A DNA stretch of 64,000 bases, taken from an uncultured Verrucomicrobiae bacterium. Its GTDB lineage: Bacteria > Verrucomicrobiota > Verrucomicrobiia > Chthoniobacterales > UBA10450. The stretch is from NCBI GenBank assembly GCA_963726745.1, contig CAVSDR010000006.1, positions 416,001 through 480,000 on the forward strand, written 5' to 3'. The notes beneath the pieces are model-generated. The model was not told the origin of the DNA, made no database searches, and worked only from the letters and a program-made list of their open reading frames with translations. Positions 51,942 to 61,887 of the stretch are shown here, one piece after another; the stretch's first letter is position 1, and every line of letters begins with the position of its first letter. The translations under genes were made by a program, and so were the position numbers.

Positions 51942-53177
51942 TTAGTCGGCAATCTTCACCGCCTGGCGCAAGAGCGGCTCCACCGCCGCCAGGCTGTTTT
52001 CATCGCGCGCATGCATCAGCAAAAGCGGCTCGTCCTGCTCCACGCGCTCGCCCGTTTTCCGAATCTGCGAGAATCCAACCGCGAAGTCGATCGCGTCGTC
52101 GGCCTGGGCGCGCCCCCCGCCGAGGAGGACCGAGGCGCGGCCGATCAACTCCGCGTCCATGCTCACGACCCGGCCCGCGTGCGCCGCCAGCAGCGGCTCG
52201 ATGATCGGCGCCCGGTGCACCGTGGTCATCTTCTCCAGCGCGGTCGCATCACCATCTTGCGCATAGACGATCGCGACGAATTTCTTCCAGGCGGTCCCGT
52301 CCTGCAGCCGGCTGGCTAAAACTTCGCGCGGCGTGGTCGAGACTTTCTCCGCCAGGTCGAGCGTCAGGTCGATCACGTCCTGCGGCCCGCCTCCCTGCAG
52401 GACTTCCACGCATTCGGCCACCTCGAGCGCGTTGCCCACCGCGCGGCCGAGCGGTTCGTCCATCGCGTTCAGCAGATGCGAAACCTCCACGCCCATCAAG
52501 CGTCCCACCTCGGTCATCGACGCCGCGAGCTGCTCCGCTTCCGCGCGCGTTTTCATGAACGCGCCCCGGCCGAACTTCACGTCCAGCACCAGGCGATTGA
52601 GATTCTCCGCCAGCTTTTTGCTCATGATGCTGGCCACGATCAACGCCTGCGACGGCACCGTCCCGGTGACGTCGCGCAGCGCGTAGAGCTTTTTGTCCGC
52701 CGGGCAAATGTCCGCCGTCTGCCCGATCATGAAGACGCCGAGCTGCGCCAGCTGCTTGAGCGCGCGGCGTTCGTCCAGGTGGACGTTGAAGCCAGGGATG
52801 CTCTCGAGCTTGTCGAGCGTCCCGCCGGTAATCCCGAGGCCACGGCCGGAAATCATCGGCACCCAGACGTCGTCGCAGGCCAGCAACGGAGCCAGGACTA
52901 ACGAGACCTTGTCCCCCACCCCGCCGGTGGAATGCTTGTCCACCTTCGGCGGCGAACCCGCCGGGTAATGCAGCGTCCGCCCGCTCCCCATCATCGCGCG
53001 CGTCAGGTGCTGCGTCTCGACCGGCGTCATTCCGCGGAAGAAAACCGCCATCGCCCAGGCGCTCATCTGGTAATCCGGCACCTCGCCACGGGTAAAGCCT
53101 TCAATCAGCGCGCCGATTTCTTCCGCGCTCAGCTCTGCGCCTTCGCGCTTCCGTTCGATCAAACTTGGGACGTGCAT
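51942..53177 (-). CDS. deoA: Thymidine/pyrimidine-nucleoside phosphorylase
   Basis: DKHSTGGVGDK, SGRGLG.TGGTLDKLESIPG, SIMSKKLA. Confidence 0.94.
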   Translation of the reverse strand: MHVPSLIERKREGAELSAEEIGALIEGFTRGEVPDYQMSAWAMAVFFRGMTPVETQHLTRAMMGSGRTLHYPAGSPPKVDKHSTGGVGDKVSLVLAPLLACDDVWVPMISGRGLGITGGTLDKLESIPGFNVHLDERRALKQLAQLGVFMIGQTADICPADKKLYALRDVTGTVPSQALIVASIMSKKLAENLNRLVLDVKFGRGAFMKTRAEAEQLAASMTEVGRLMGVEVSHLLNAMDEPLGRAVGNALEVAECVEVLQGGGPQDVIDLTLDLAEKVSTTPREVLASRLQDGTAWKKFVAIVYAQDGDATALEKMTTVHRAPIIEPLLAAHAGRVVSMDAELIGRASVLLGGGRAQADDAIDFAVGFSQIRKTGERVEQDEPLLLMHARDENSLAAVEPLLRQAVKIAD

Positions 53178-54275
53178 TGCGCGAGGAAAGAGCTGCCTGC
53201 GGGCCAACCGCCCGGGCATCTGAAGAAATCCGCGAGTGTCGCGGCCACGTCGGCAAAAGTCGTGCGCGTGCCGAGATCGCCTACCGCGCCGCGATGGAGC
53301 ACTACGAGCGGCACCTCCTCGCGCGTGTGATCGGTTCCGCGAAAGGTCGGGTCGTTTCCGTGATCGGCGGTAATGATCACCAGGTCGTCGGGTTGAACTT
53401 GCCGGCTAAATTCCCCCAGCCAGCGATCGAATTCCTCCAGCGCCCCGGCGTAGCCAGCCACATCGCGCCGGTGCCCGAAGAGCATGTCGAAGTCGACCAG
53501 GTTCGCAAAAACGAGCGCGTTCTCCGCCTTCGCCCAAAGCTCCGCAATCCGCTCCATGCCTTCCGCGTTCGAGGCGGTCGGATGCGATTCCGCGATCCCT
53601 GCGCCGGCGAAAATGTCGGCTATTTTTCCCACGCCGATTACCTCCGCGCCGTTCTCCCCGATCGCTTCGAGCACGCTCCGCGGCGGCTCGCATCGAGTAA
53701 TCGTGCCGGCGCGCGGTGCGGCGAAAATTCCCGGGCTCGCCCGCAAATGGCCGCGCAATCACCCGCCCGATCCGGTGCGCATCCGCATGCCGGCGCGCGA
53801 TCTCGCAAACCTCGTAGAGCCGCGCGAGCGGCATCACCTGCTCGTGCGCCGCGATCTGGAGAACGCTGTCGGCCGAGGTGTAGAGGATCGGTTTGCCGGT
53901 GCGGAAATGTTCCGCGCCCAGTTCCTCGAGAATCGTCGTGCCGCTGCGCGCGTAGTTCCCGATGAATTCCACGCCGGCCTCGCGCTCGATCGCGCGCACG
54001 AATTCGTCCGGGAAGCGGTCGAACACCGCGAACGGCTCTTCCAGGATAATGCCGGCTATTTCCCAGTGTCCGGTCGTGGTGTCCTTGCCCGCGGAGCGCG
54101 GCTGCATCCGCCCGCACGCGGCCGTTTCCTGCAGCGCATCCCAAACCGGCAGCCGCAGCTCCGGCAGCCGCTCCCGGATATGCCCGAGCGTGTCCGCGCC
54201 TTCATCGCCGTAGCGTGCCGCATCCGGCGCGGCGCCCACGCCCACACTGTCGAGGACGATCAAAAGCGCGCGCAC
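53159..54275 (-). CDS. deoB: Phosphopentomutase (frameshift near 53690)
   Basis: [50 protein letters not shown]. Confidence 0.92.
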
Positions 54276-54279
54276 GGCG

Positions 54280-55158
54280 CTACAGGCCGATCGGATGCCA
54301 GGCGGTCTTCTGCTCCACGCTGTCGAGAATCCAATATGGATTCTCCGCCGCCTCGCTCTTCCACTGCGCCGGGGAGAGGTCGCGGCGCGTGTAGCGTTTC
54401 ACATTGAAGCCGCCGCCGCGCTGGAGTTCGCGCCCGATCTTCTCGTCGCCGGAAGCGTCGATGATCGCGTTCACGTCCATGTGGCTGGCAAAATGCGAGG
54501 CCAGCTCCGCGCGATCGCCGGCGAGCATGTTGACCACGCCGCCCGGCAGGTCGCTTGTCGCGATGATTTCCGAGAAGGTCAAGGCCGGCAGCGGCCGCGT
54601 GGTCGAAGGCAGGACGATCGCCGTGTTGCCCGCGAGAATCACCGGCGCGACCAGCGAAACCATCGCCACCAGCGACGGCTCATCCGGGCAAACCACCACG
54701 ACCACGCCGGTCGGCTCCGGCGAGGTGAAATTGAAGTGCGAACTCGCGACCGGATTTACCGAGCTGAAGAGCTGGCTGTATTTGTCCGTCCAGCCGGCGT
54801 AGTGCACCAGCCGGTCGATCGCGAGCGTGGTCTCGGCCTCGCTGGTGTCGCGCCAGGCGCCGTTGGAGCGCTTCAACTCCGCCGCCAATTCGCCGCGCCG
54901 CATCTCCAGCATTTCGGCCGCGCGGTAAAGGATTTGTCCGCGCAGATACGCGCTCTGCTTGGCCCAACCGCCAAAGGCCTTCCGCGCTGCCGTGACCGCA
55001 TCGCGGAAATCCTTGCGCGAGGCGCGCGAGAAATTAGCCAGCAACTCGTCGCCCCCGCGGGCCGGCGCGATCCGCCCGCTCTCGCTCCGGACGAACTTGC
55101 CGCCGATGTAAAGTTTGTAGGTCTTTTGGACTGCCAGTCTGGATTCTCGGGTCGCCAC
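54280..55158 (-). CDS. Short aldehyde-dehydrogenase-family protein (NAD-binding half only)
   Basis: [40 protein letters not shown]; no ELGG or catalytic Cys region; GTG start assumed. Confidence 0.8.
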   Translation of the reverse strand: MATRESRLAVQKTYKLYIGGKFVRSESGRIAPARGGDELLANFSRASRKDFRDAVTAARKAFGGWAKQSAYLRGQILYRAAEMLEMRRGELAAELKRSNGAWRDTSEAETTLAIDRLVHYAGWTDKYSQLFSSVNPVASSHFNFTSPEPTGVVVVVCPDEPSLVAMVSLVAPVILAGNTAIVLPSTTRPLPALTFSEIIATSDLPGGVVNMLAGDRAELASHFASHMDVNAIIDASGDEKIGRELQRGGGFNVKRYTRRDLSPAQWKSEAAENPYWILDSVEQKTAWHPIGL

Positions 55159-55218
55159 GAAGTGAGGATTGCGTATGCCTGCGAAAAAGAAAATGGTAAA
55201 ACCCTTCCTGCCCCACGC

Positions 55219-56169
55219 ATGAATCCATCCGACAAAATTTTCGTCGCCGGCCATCGCGGCCTTGCCGGCAGCGCCATCGCCCGGCGGCTCGAAGCCGAGG
55301 GTTTCACCCACCAGCTCAAGCGCACCCGCGCCGAGCTCGACCTGCGCGATCGCGGCGCGGTCTTCGCATTCTTCCAGGCCGAGCAGCCCGACGTGGTCGT
55401 GCTCGCCGCGGCCAAGGTCGGCGGGATCAAGGCGAACATGGATTTCCCGGTGGAGTTCCTGCTCGATAACCTCGCGGTGCAGAACAATGTCATCAGCGCC
55501 GCGCACGAGCACGGCGTGCGCAAGCTCCTCTTCCTCGGCAGCTCCTGCATCTACCCGAAGCACGCGCCGCAACCGATCACCGAGGACTCCTTTCTTTCCG
55601 GCAAACTCGAGCCCACGAACGACGCCTACGCGATCGCCAAGATCGCCGGGATCAAGCTTTGCCAGGCCTACGACTCGCAATACGGCGCCAATTTCATCAG
55701 CGCGATGCCGACCAATCTCTACGGCCCGGGCGACAACTTCGACCTGACCTCCTCGCACGTCCTCCCCGCCCTTCTGCGCAAGACGCACGAGGCGAAAATG
55801 AGCGGCGCCAAAGAGCTGGTCGTCTGGGGCTCCGGCCGGCCGCGGCGCGAGTTCCTCCACGTGGACGACATGGCCGCAGCCTGCGTTTTCCTCCTGCGAA
55901 ACTACGATGCGCCCGAGATCGTGAACGTCGGCTGCGGCGAGGACATTACCATCCGCTCGTTAGCCGAAATGATCTGCGAGGTCGTCGGTTTTGACGGCGA
56001 GCTCACTTTTGATGCGAGCAAGCCCGACGGCACCCCGCGGAAGTTGCTCGACCTCTCAAAGCTGACTGCGATGGGCTGGCGCCCGGAGATTCCGCTGCGC
56101 GAAGGGATCGCCCGCACTTACGAGTGGTTCCTCCAGCACCACACCGCGCCCGCGATTGCGGCCGGCTAG
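55219..56169 (+). CDS. fcl: GDP-L-fucose synthase
   Basis: AGHRGLAG, AAAKVGGI, GSSCIYPK, YAIAK, PTNLYGP, KPDGTPRK. Confidence 0.96.
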   Translation: MNPSDKIFVAGHRGLAGSAIARRLEAEGFTHQLKRTRAELDLRDRGAVFAFFQAEQPDVVVLAAAKVGGIKANMDFPVEFLLDNLAVQNNVISAAHEHGVRKLLFLGSSCIYPKHAPQPITEDSFLSGKLEPTNDAYAIAKIAGIKLCQAYDSQYGANFISAMPTNLYGPGDNFDLTSSHVLPALLRKTHEAKMSGAKELVVWGSGRPRREFLHVDDMAAACVFLLRNYDAPEIVNVGCGEDITIRSLAEMICEVVGFDGELTFDASKPDGTPRKLLDLSKLTAMGWRPEIPLREGIARTYEWFLQHHTAPAIAAG

Positions 56170-56759
56170 GACTTCAGCGTCAAAAGCCGCATCAACTCGC
56201 GCCCCTCGCGTCCCGGGTGGGTTCGCATGGGAATCCATTCGCGCTCGAGCGCAAATTTCTCGCCGAAGAATTGCTCGAGTTCGTCGCGGCTCACCGGAAA
56301 GGGCGGGCCGTCCTCGTCGTGGTCCGGATTGAGAAAGAAAATAGCCAGCAACTTCCCGCCTGGTCGGAGCACGCGTGTGATTGTGCGCACGTAGTCCGCG
56401 CGCTGCGCCGGATCGATCGCGCAGAAACAGGTGTGCTCGAAAACCCAATCGAAAGCGCTGTCTAATTCCGCGGGCAAGGCGAAGAGATCCGCCTGCACGT
56501 ACTCTTCCCGACCGCTGCGCGGCTGCGCGGTCGCGCGCGTGATCGCCTGCGTGGAGAAGTCGAGTCCGACGACGTGATTCGCCGCGTTGCTCAAGGCGCG
56601 CACGTCATGGCCCGAGCCGCAACCGGGCACAAAAATCTCGCCCGCCAGCGGACCGTGCTCCGCGAGAAAATCGACCAGCGCCGGATGCGCCCCGCCCTTT
56701 TCCCATGGCGTCTCCCCCTCGGCATAGGCCGCGTCCCAATCGGTTTGCGTTTGTTTCAT
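56166..56759 (-). CDS. TPMT / thiol-halide methyltransferase family protein
   Basis: W..G.TPW, VPGCGSGHD, EHTCFCAI, GPPF. Confidence 0.85.
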   Translation of the reverse strand: MKQTQTDWDAAYAEGETPWEKGGAHPALVDFLAEHGPLAGEIFVPGCGSGHDVRALSNAANHVVGLDFSTQAITRATAQPRSGREEYVQADLFALPAELDSAFDWVFEHTCFCAIDPAQRADYVRTITRVLRPGGKLLAIFFLNPDHDEDGPPFPVSRDELEQFFGEKFALEREWIPMRTHPGREGRELMRLLTLKS

Positions 56760-56818
56760 GGCTACGGTTCACTGGCAGCCTCCGGCATGTTTTCGCAACT
56801 TCCTAATCGGGCGCGTCG

Positions 56819-57733
56819 ATGAAAAAACTGCGCGTGGGCGTCGTTGGCGTCGGTCACATCGGGAAAAATCACGCCCGCCTCTACGCGCAACTTCCGGGCG
56901 CGGAGTTCACCTCGATCTTCGATACCGACCACGAGAAAGCTGTCGCGCTGGCGCAGGAATACGGCGCGCACGCTGCGTCTTCGCTCGAGGAATTTGCCAG
57001 CGAGATCGACGCCGCTTCCATCGCCACGCCCACCAGCAGTCACTTTGCGGTCGGCCACGCGCTCCTCGAGCAGGGCAAGCATTTGCTGATCGAGAAACCG
57101 ATCGCCGAAACGCCGGAGGAAGCGACCGCGCTCGCCGAGCTGGCCGCGCAAAAGCAACTCGTCCTCCAGGTCGGCCACGTGGAGCGCTTCAATCCCGTGC
57201 TCGGCGCGCTCGAGGAACGCCTGACGCATCCGCGCTTCATCGAGGCCCACCGACTCTCGCCCTATCCCAACCGCAGCACCGACATCGGCGTCGTCCTCGA
57301 CCTGATGATTCACGATCTCGAGATCATTCTCCACCTGGTGCGCTCGCCGGTGCAGACGATCGACGCCGTGGGCGTGCCGGTCCTCAGCAAGGGCGAGGAT
57401 ATCGCCAATGCGCGCCTGCGTTTCGAGGATGGCTGCGTGGCCAACATCACCTCCAGCCGGATCAGCCCGGAGCGCATGCGCAAGATTCGCGTCTTCCAGG
57501 AGGACGCCTATCTCTCGCTCGATTACGGCAGCCAGACGGGCGAGATCTACCGCCGGACGGCGACCGGGATTTCGCGCGAAGAGGTCGAGATCGAAAAGGA
57601 AGAGCCGCTCCTGCGTCAACTCGCCTCCTTCGTGGAGTGCGCCGCCACCGGGCGCGCCCCGAAAGTGTCCGGCTTCCAGGCGACTGCCGCGCTGGAATTA
57701 GCCGTCGAGATCACTAAACGGATCCATCCGTGA
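56819..57733 (+). CDS. Gfo/Idh/MocA oxidoreductase, GnnA-like
   Basis: GVGHIG, EKP, GHVERFNP, DIGVVLDLMIHD; GTGA overlap with lpxB. Confidence 0.8.
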   Translation: MKKLRVGVVGVGHIGKNHARLYAQLPGAEFTSIFDTDHEKAVALAQEYGAHAASSLEEFASEIDAASIATPTSSHFAVGHALLEQGKHLLIEKPIAETPEEATALAELAAQKQLVLQVGHVERFNPVLGALEERLTHPRFIEAHRLSPYPNRSTDIGVVLDLMIHDLEIILHLVRSPVQTIDAVGVPVLSKGEDIANARLRFEDGCVANITSSRISPERMRKIRVFQEDAYLSLDYGSQTGEIYRRTATGISREEVEIEKEEPLLRQLASFVECAATGRAPKVSGFQATAALELAVEITKRIHP

Positions 57734-58836
57734 CCCTCTACTTCGTCGCCGGCGAAGCGAGCGGCGATGCCCACGGCGCCGCGCTCCTGCAGGCCCTGCA
57801 CTCGTTAGACGGCGAGCTGCATTTCGCCGGCCGCGGCGGCCCGAAGATGCGCGCACTCGCCGGCGCGAGCTTCCAGGATTGGAGTGAGCACTCTGCGGTT
57901 CTCGGTCTCTGGGAAGTGCTGAAGCAATACCCGTATTTCCGCCGGGAGTTCCATGCCACCCTCGCGGAGATCCGCACGCAGCGACCGGAGGCAGTGGTCC
58001 TGATCGATTACCCCGGTTTCAACCTCCGCCTGGCCCGCGCCCTCCGCGCGGAGAAATCGCCGGCTAAAATTATTTACTACATCAGCCCGCAGGTCTGGGC
58101 CTGGAACCGCGGCCGCATCCGCACGATGGCGCGCGACCTCGACCTGATGCTTTGCATCTTCCCGTTCGAAGCCGAGCTCTACAACCAATCCGGCCTGCGC
58201 ACGATCTTTGTGGGCCACCCGATGCTCGAGCGCGAAACAGCCGGCAAGATCACCCGCGAGCCCGACCTCGTGGGCCTGTTTCCCGGCAGCCGCCTGCGCG
58301 AGGTGCGGAAGATTTTGCCGGTGATGTTGTCGGCTGCCGAACGAATCGTCGCCGCGAAACCGGGGACGCGCTTCGAGATCGCAGCCGCGAACGAAAAGCT
58401 CGCGCAGGAGATTCGCTCGGTCGCCGATCCCGCGCGCTTCCACATCTCCGTCCACGATTCGCCGAATGCGATGCAACGCGCCGGCGCTGCGATGGTCGCT
58501 TCGGGCACGGCCACGCTCGAGGCCGCGCGCTTTCGCCTGCCGTTCGTCCTGGTTTATCGCGTCGCCTGGCTGACCTACTTCGCCGCGCGGCTGGTGGTGA
58601 AGGTGAAACATCTGGGGATGCCAAACGTGCTCGCCGGCCGCGAGATCGTGCCGGAATTTATCCAGCAAGATGCCGAGCCGCGCGCGATCGCCGACGCCGT
58701 TCTGCGCTTGCTGAACGAACCCGAGGCACGCCAGCAGATGCTGTCAGAATTCGACCGCATCATGCATCAACTGGGCGACCAACCGGCCAGCCGCACCGCG
58801 GCCGAGGCGATCCTCGCGGAACTCCGCGCTCGTTAG
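57730..58836 (+). CDS. lpxB: Lipid-A-disaccharide synthase
   Basis: AGEASGD, IDYPGFN, SPQVWAW, FVGHP, PGSR, SGTATLE. Confidence 0.96.
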   Translation: MTLYFVAGEASGDAHGAALLQALHSLDGELHFAGRGGPKMRALAGASFQDWSEHSAVLGLWEVLKQYPYFRREFHATLAEIRTQRPEAVVLIDYPGFNLRLARALRAEKSPAKIIYYISPQVWAWNRGRIRTMARDLDLMLCIFPFEAELYNQSGLRTIFVGHPMLERETAGKITREPDLVGLFPGSRLREVRKILPVMLSAAERIVAAKPGTRFEIAAANEKLAQEIRSVADPARFHISVHDSPNAMQRAGAAMVASGTATLEAARFRLPFVLVYRVAWLTYFAARLVVKVKHLGMPNVLAGREIVPEFIQQDAEPRAIADAVLRLLNEPEARQQMLSEFDRIMHQLGDQPASRTAAEAILAELRAR

Positions 58837-60125
58837 GTTACGAGAGTGGCGTGCGCGGCAAATTGCTCGTAGCTCCGCGTCTCGGCGATCTCTTTCAACG
58901 CCGCGATCGCTTCCCAGCATTCCGCGAAGGTGTTGTAGAGCGGCGAGGGCGCGAAGCGGACGATGTCCGGCTTTCGGAAATCGGGAATGATCCCGCGCGC
59001 GCGCAGCGCCAGCGAGATCGGCTGCGCCTTCTCGTGCTGCAGCGAGACGTGTCCGCCACGGCGCCGCGCTTCCCGCGGCGTGCCCACGCGGAAACCAAGC
59101 TCCGCCAGCTCCGCATCCGCCGCCGCAATCAGGAATTCCGTCATCGCGACCGACTTCTCGCGAATGCGCTCGAGCCCGGCGTCCTCGATCGGCTGCAGCG
59201 CTCCCTCGATCGGCGCCATGCTCAAGACCGCCGGCGTTCCGATCTGCAAGGCCGCCGCCCCCATGCCCGGGAAGAACTCGTCCGACATCTCGAACATGCT
59301 TTCCTTGTGCACGCTCCACCAGCCGGCCAGGCCCGCATCGACGCGGCCATCGTGCGCGAAATGCCGCTGGTTAATGTAGAGCCCGGCGACCGAACCCGGC
59401 CCGGCATTGAGCCACTTGTAATGACCCCAGCCGGCGAAGTCCGCGCCCCACTGGTCGAGCGCGTGCGGCATGACCCCGACGGTGTGCGAAAGGTCGAGGC
59501 CAATGACGACATCGTTCGCCCGCGCCGCCCGGCAGATCCGCTCCAGGTCGAGCAATTGCCCGGTGGTGTAGACCACCGAGGGAAAGAGCGCCATCTGCAG
59601 CTCAGGATTAGCCAGCGCTTTCTCGATCGCGGCCTCGTCGAGAAAGCGCCCTTCACCCGCCGGCACGACGACGATGTGTTCCTCCGGATCAAGCCCGCGC
59701 AGGCGCAAATGGCTGCGGAGCGCGTAGCGGTCGGTCGGGAAACTGTGCGCATCGATCAGCACTTTCGTGCGCGTGTCATGCGGCCGGTAAAGCGTCGCGA
59801 GGAGCTGGTGCAAATTCACCGTCATCGAATTGGCGATCGCCACTTCGTCCGGCTCTGCCCCGACCATTTTCGCGACCCGCGCCGCGAGCGTTTCCGCCAT
59901 CGTGAACCAGGGCGTGTCGCCATCGAGCCAGCCGCCGATCCCGCCGGTCTTCCACTCCTCGAGGACCCGCGCCAGGCTCTCCTCGGCTTCGCGCGAAAGC
60001 AGGCCTAACGAGTTACCATCCAGGTAAATTTTGTCCTCCGGCACATAGAAGCGCGCGCGGAAAGCCGCCAGCGGATCGCGGGCGTCGAGTTGCTGGGCCG
60101 TCGAGCGGGAAGGCGCGGTCGTCAT
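58833..60125 (-). CDS. kynU: Kynureninase 2
   Basis: YLDGNSLGL, TVNLHQ, FPTD, DLSHTVG, YKWLNAGPG, RGGHVS, PLYNT. Confidence 0.92.
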   Translation of the reverse strand: MTTAPSRSTAQQLDARDPLAAFRARFYVPEDKIYLDGNSLGLLSREAEESLARVLEEWKTGGIGGWLDGDTPWFTMAETLAARVAKMVGAEPDEVAIANSMTVNLHQLLATLYRPHDTRTKVLIDAHSFPTDRYALRSHLRLRGLDPEEHIVVVPAGEGRFLDEAAIEKALANPELQMALFPSVVYTTGQLLDLERICRAARANDVVIGLDLSHTVGVMPHALDQWGADFAGWGHYKWLNAGPGSVAGLYINQRHFAHDGRVDAGLAGWWSVHKESMFEMSDEFFPGMGAAALQIGTPAVLSMAPIEGALQPIEDAGLERIREKSVAMTEFLIAAADAELAELGFRVGTPREARRRGGHVSLQHEKAQPISLALRARGIIPDFRKPDIVRFAPSPLYNTFAECWEAIAALKEIAETRSYEQFAAHATLVT

Positions 60126-60174
60126 GGCGTCAAGGACGCTACGAGCGCCGGATGCATTCCTCAACGGCGCGCGC

Positions 60175-61887
60175 TCAGGGGACGATCAGGCTCGTCAGCT
60201 CCATCTTGACCGCGTCGACCAGGCCCTGGTCGGTCAGCTTGAGCGCGGGAATCGGCGAAAGACTGAGGAACGAGAGCGACATAAACGGCGCCGGCAGGTT
60301 GCTGCCTAATTTTGTGGCGGCCGCTTTAAGCGCCTCGATTTTCTCGACCACTTCCGCGAGCGGCCGATCGGAAACCAACCCGGCGATCGGCAAGGGCAGC
60401 GCGGCGATTTCTTTTCCATCCTCGATCGCAACCTGTCCGCCGCCCATCTTTTGCAGCGCCGCGACGGTCGCGAGGATGTCGCTGTCCGACACGCCCACGA
60501 CCACGATGTTGTGCGCGTCGTGCGCCACGGTGGAACCAAGCGCGCCGCGCTGGAGCCCAAAGCCGCGGACAAAGCCGACGCCGACATTGCCGGTGGCGTG
60601 GTGCCGCTCGAGCACGACCAGCTTGAGGATGTCGCGCGCCGGATCGGAGACGATCTGCTCGTGCACAATCTTCGCTTCCTCGATCGCTTCGTTGGTCACG
60701 ATTTGTTCCGGCACAATCTCGATCACGCGGATTTTAGCCGGCACTTTCGCCGCGACGGCAATGTCCTCCGCGCCGCGGAAGCGAACGTTCATCGTGTTCC
60801 GCGCGAGCTGCGCGGCCGCGCCTTTCGCGCCGAGATACTCGCCATTCTCCGCGACCAGTTTTCCCTTCTTGTAGACGCGGCGGACGACGAATTTCTCCAG
60901 GTCGTCGAGCACCAGGAAGTCGGCCCAATAGCGCGGGGCAATCGCGCCATGATTCCGCAGCCGGTAATGCCGCGCGGTGTTGATCGTGCCCATCTGGATG
61001 GCGGTGATCGGCGCCAGCCCGCAGGCGATCGCCTTGCGGATGGAGTGGTCGATGTGGCCTTCGCCTAACAAGTCGCCGGGTAATTTATCGTCCGTGGCGA
61101 AGGAGCAATTCGCGGAATTTTGCGGCGTCACCAACGGGATCACGTGCTCGAGATTCCGCTCAGTGCTCCCCTCGCGCACGAGCAGGTGCATCCCGAGCCG
61201 CAGCTTCTCGCGCGCCTCTTCCAGCTCCGTGCTCTCGTGGTCGGACCGCACGCCGGCGAGCGCGTAGGCGTTCAGGTTCCGCCCGCGCAAGCCCGGCGCG
61301 TGGCCATCGATCAACTTCCCTTTGCCCGCGCGGATCTTTGCCAGCTCGCTTTCCATCCCGAGAAACACGCCGGGGTAATTCATCAGCTCCGCCACGCCCG
61401 CGATGCGTTCGTGATTGATCATCTCGGCCAAATCCGCCGCGCTCATCCGCGCCCCGCTGGTCTCGAGATGCGTCGCGGGAATGCACGACGGCAGCATGAT
61501 GAAAAAATCGATCGGCAACCCGCGGCTCGACTCGAGCACGTATTCGATCCCGTCCCGGCCGAGAACGTTGGTGAACTCGTGCGGGTCGATCACCATCGCG
61601 CTGGTTCCGTGCGGCACGACCGCGCGGGCGAACTCCGGCACCGTCACCATCGTGCTCTCGACGTGGAAATGTCCGTCGATCAATCCCGGCGCAAGAAAGG
61701 CGCCTTCGAGGTCGATGGTTTCGCGCGCGTCGTATTCCCCCAGCCCGACGATCCGCCCATCGTCCACCGCCACGTGCGCCGGATAGATCTCGCCGCTGAA
61801 GACGTTCACGAGCTGCGCGTTCCGGAAAAGGATTTCTGCCGGCGTTTCGCCGCGGGCGACCGCGAGTTTGTGCTCCAGCGCTCTCAT
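60175..61887 (-). CDS. ade: Adenine deaminase
   Basis: PGLIDGHFHVES, DPHE, DGHAP, SDHE, VAHDAHN, SLSPIPALKLTD. Confidence 0.95.
   Translation of the reverse strand: MRALEHKLAVARGETPAEILFRNAQLVNVFSGEIYPAHVAVDDGRIVGLGEYDARETIDLEGAFLAPGLIDGHFHVESTMVTVPEFARAVVPHGTSAMVIDPHEFTNVLGRDGIEYVLESSRGLPIDFFIMLPSCIPATHLETSGARMSAADLAEMINHERIAGVAELMNYPGVFLGMESELAKIRAGKGKLIDGHAPGLRGRNLNAYALAGVRSDHESTELEEAREKLRLGMHLLVREGSTERNLEHVIPLVTPQNSANCSFATDDKLPGDLLGEGHIDHSIRKAIACGLAPITAIQMGTINTARHYRLRNHGAIAPRYWADFLVLDDLEKFVVRRVYKKGKLVAENGEYLGAKGAAAQLARNTMNVRFRGAEDIAVAAKVPAKIRVIEIVPEQIVTNEAIEEAKIVHEQIVSDPARDILKLVVLERHHATGNVGVGFVRGFGLQRGALGSTVAHDAHNIVVVGVSDSDILATVAALQKMGGGQVAIEDGKEIAALPLPIAGLVSDRPLAEVVEKIEALKAAATKLGSNLPAPFMSLSFLSLSPIPALKLTDQGLVDAVKMELTSLIVP

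Noticed and set aside
54280..56169. Long mutually overlapping ORFs (526 aa minus, 624 aa plus)
   Set aside because: These are antisense extensions of the divergent ALDH-like gene and fcl; the real starts are about 55158 and 55219.
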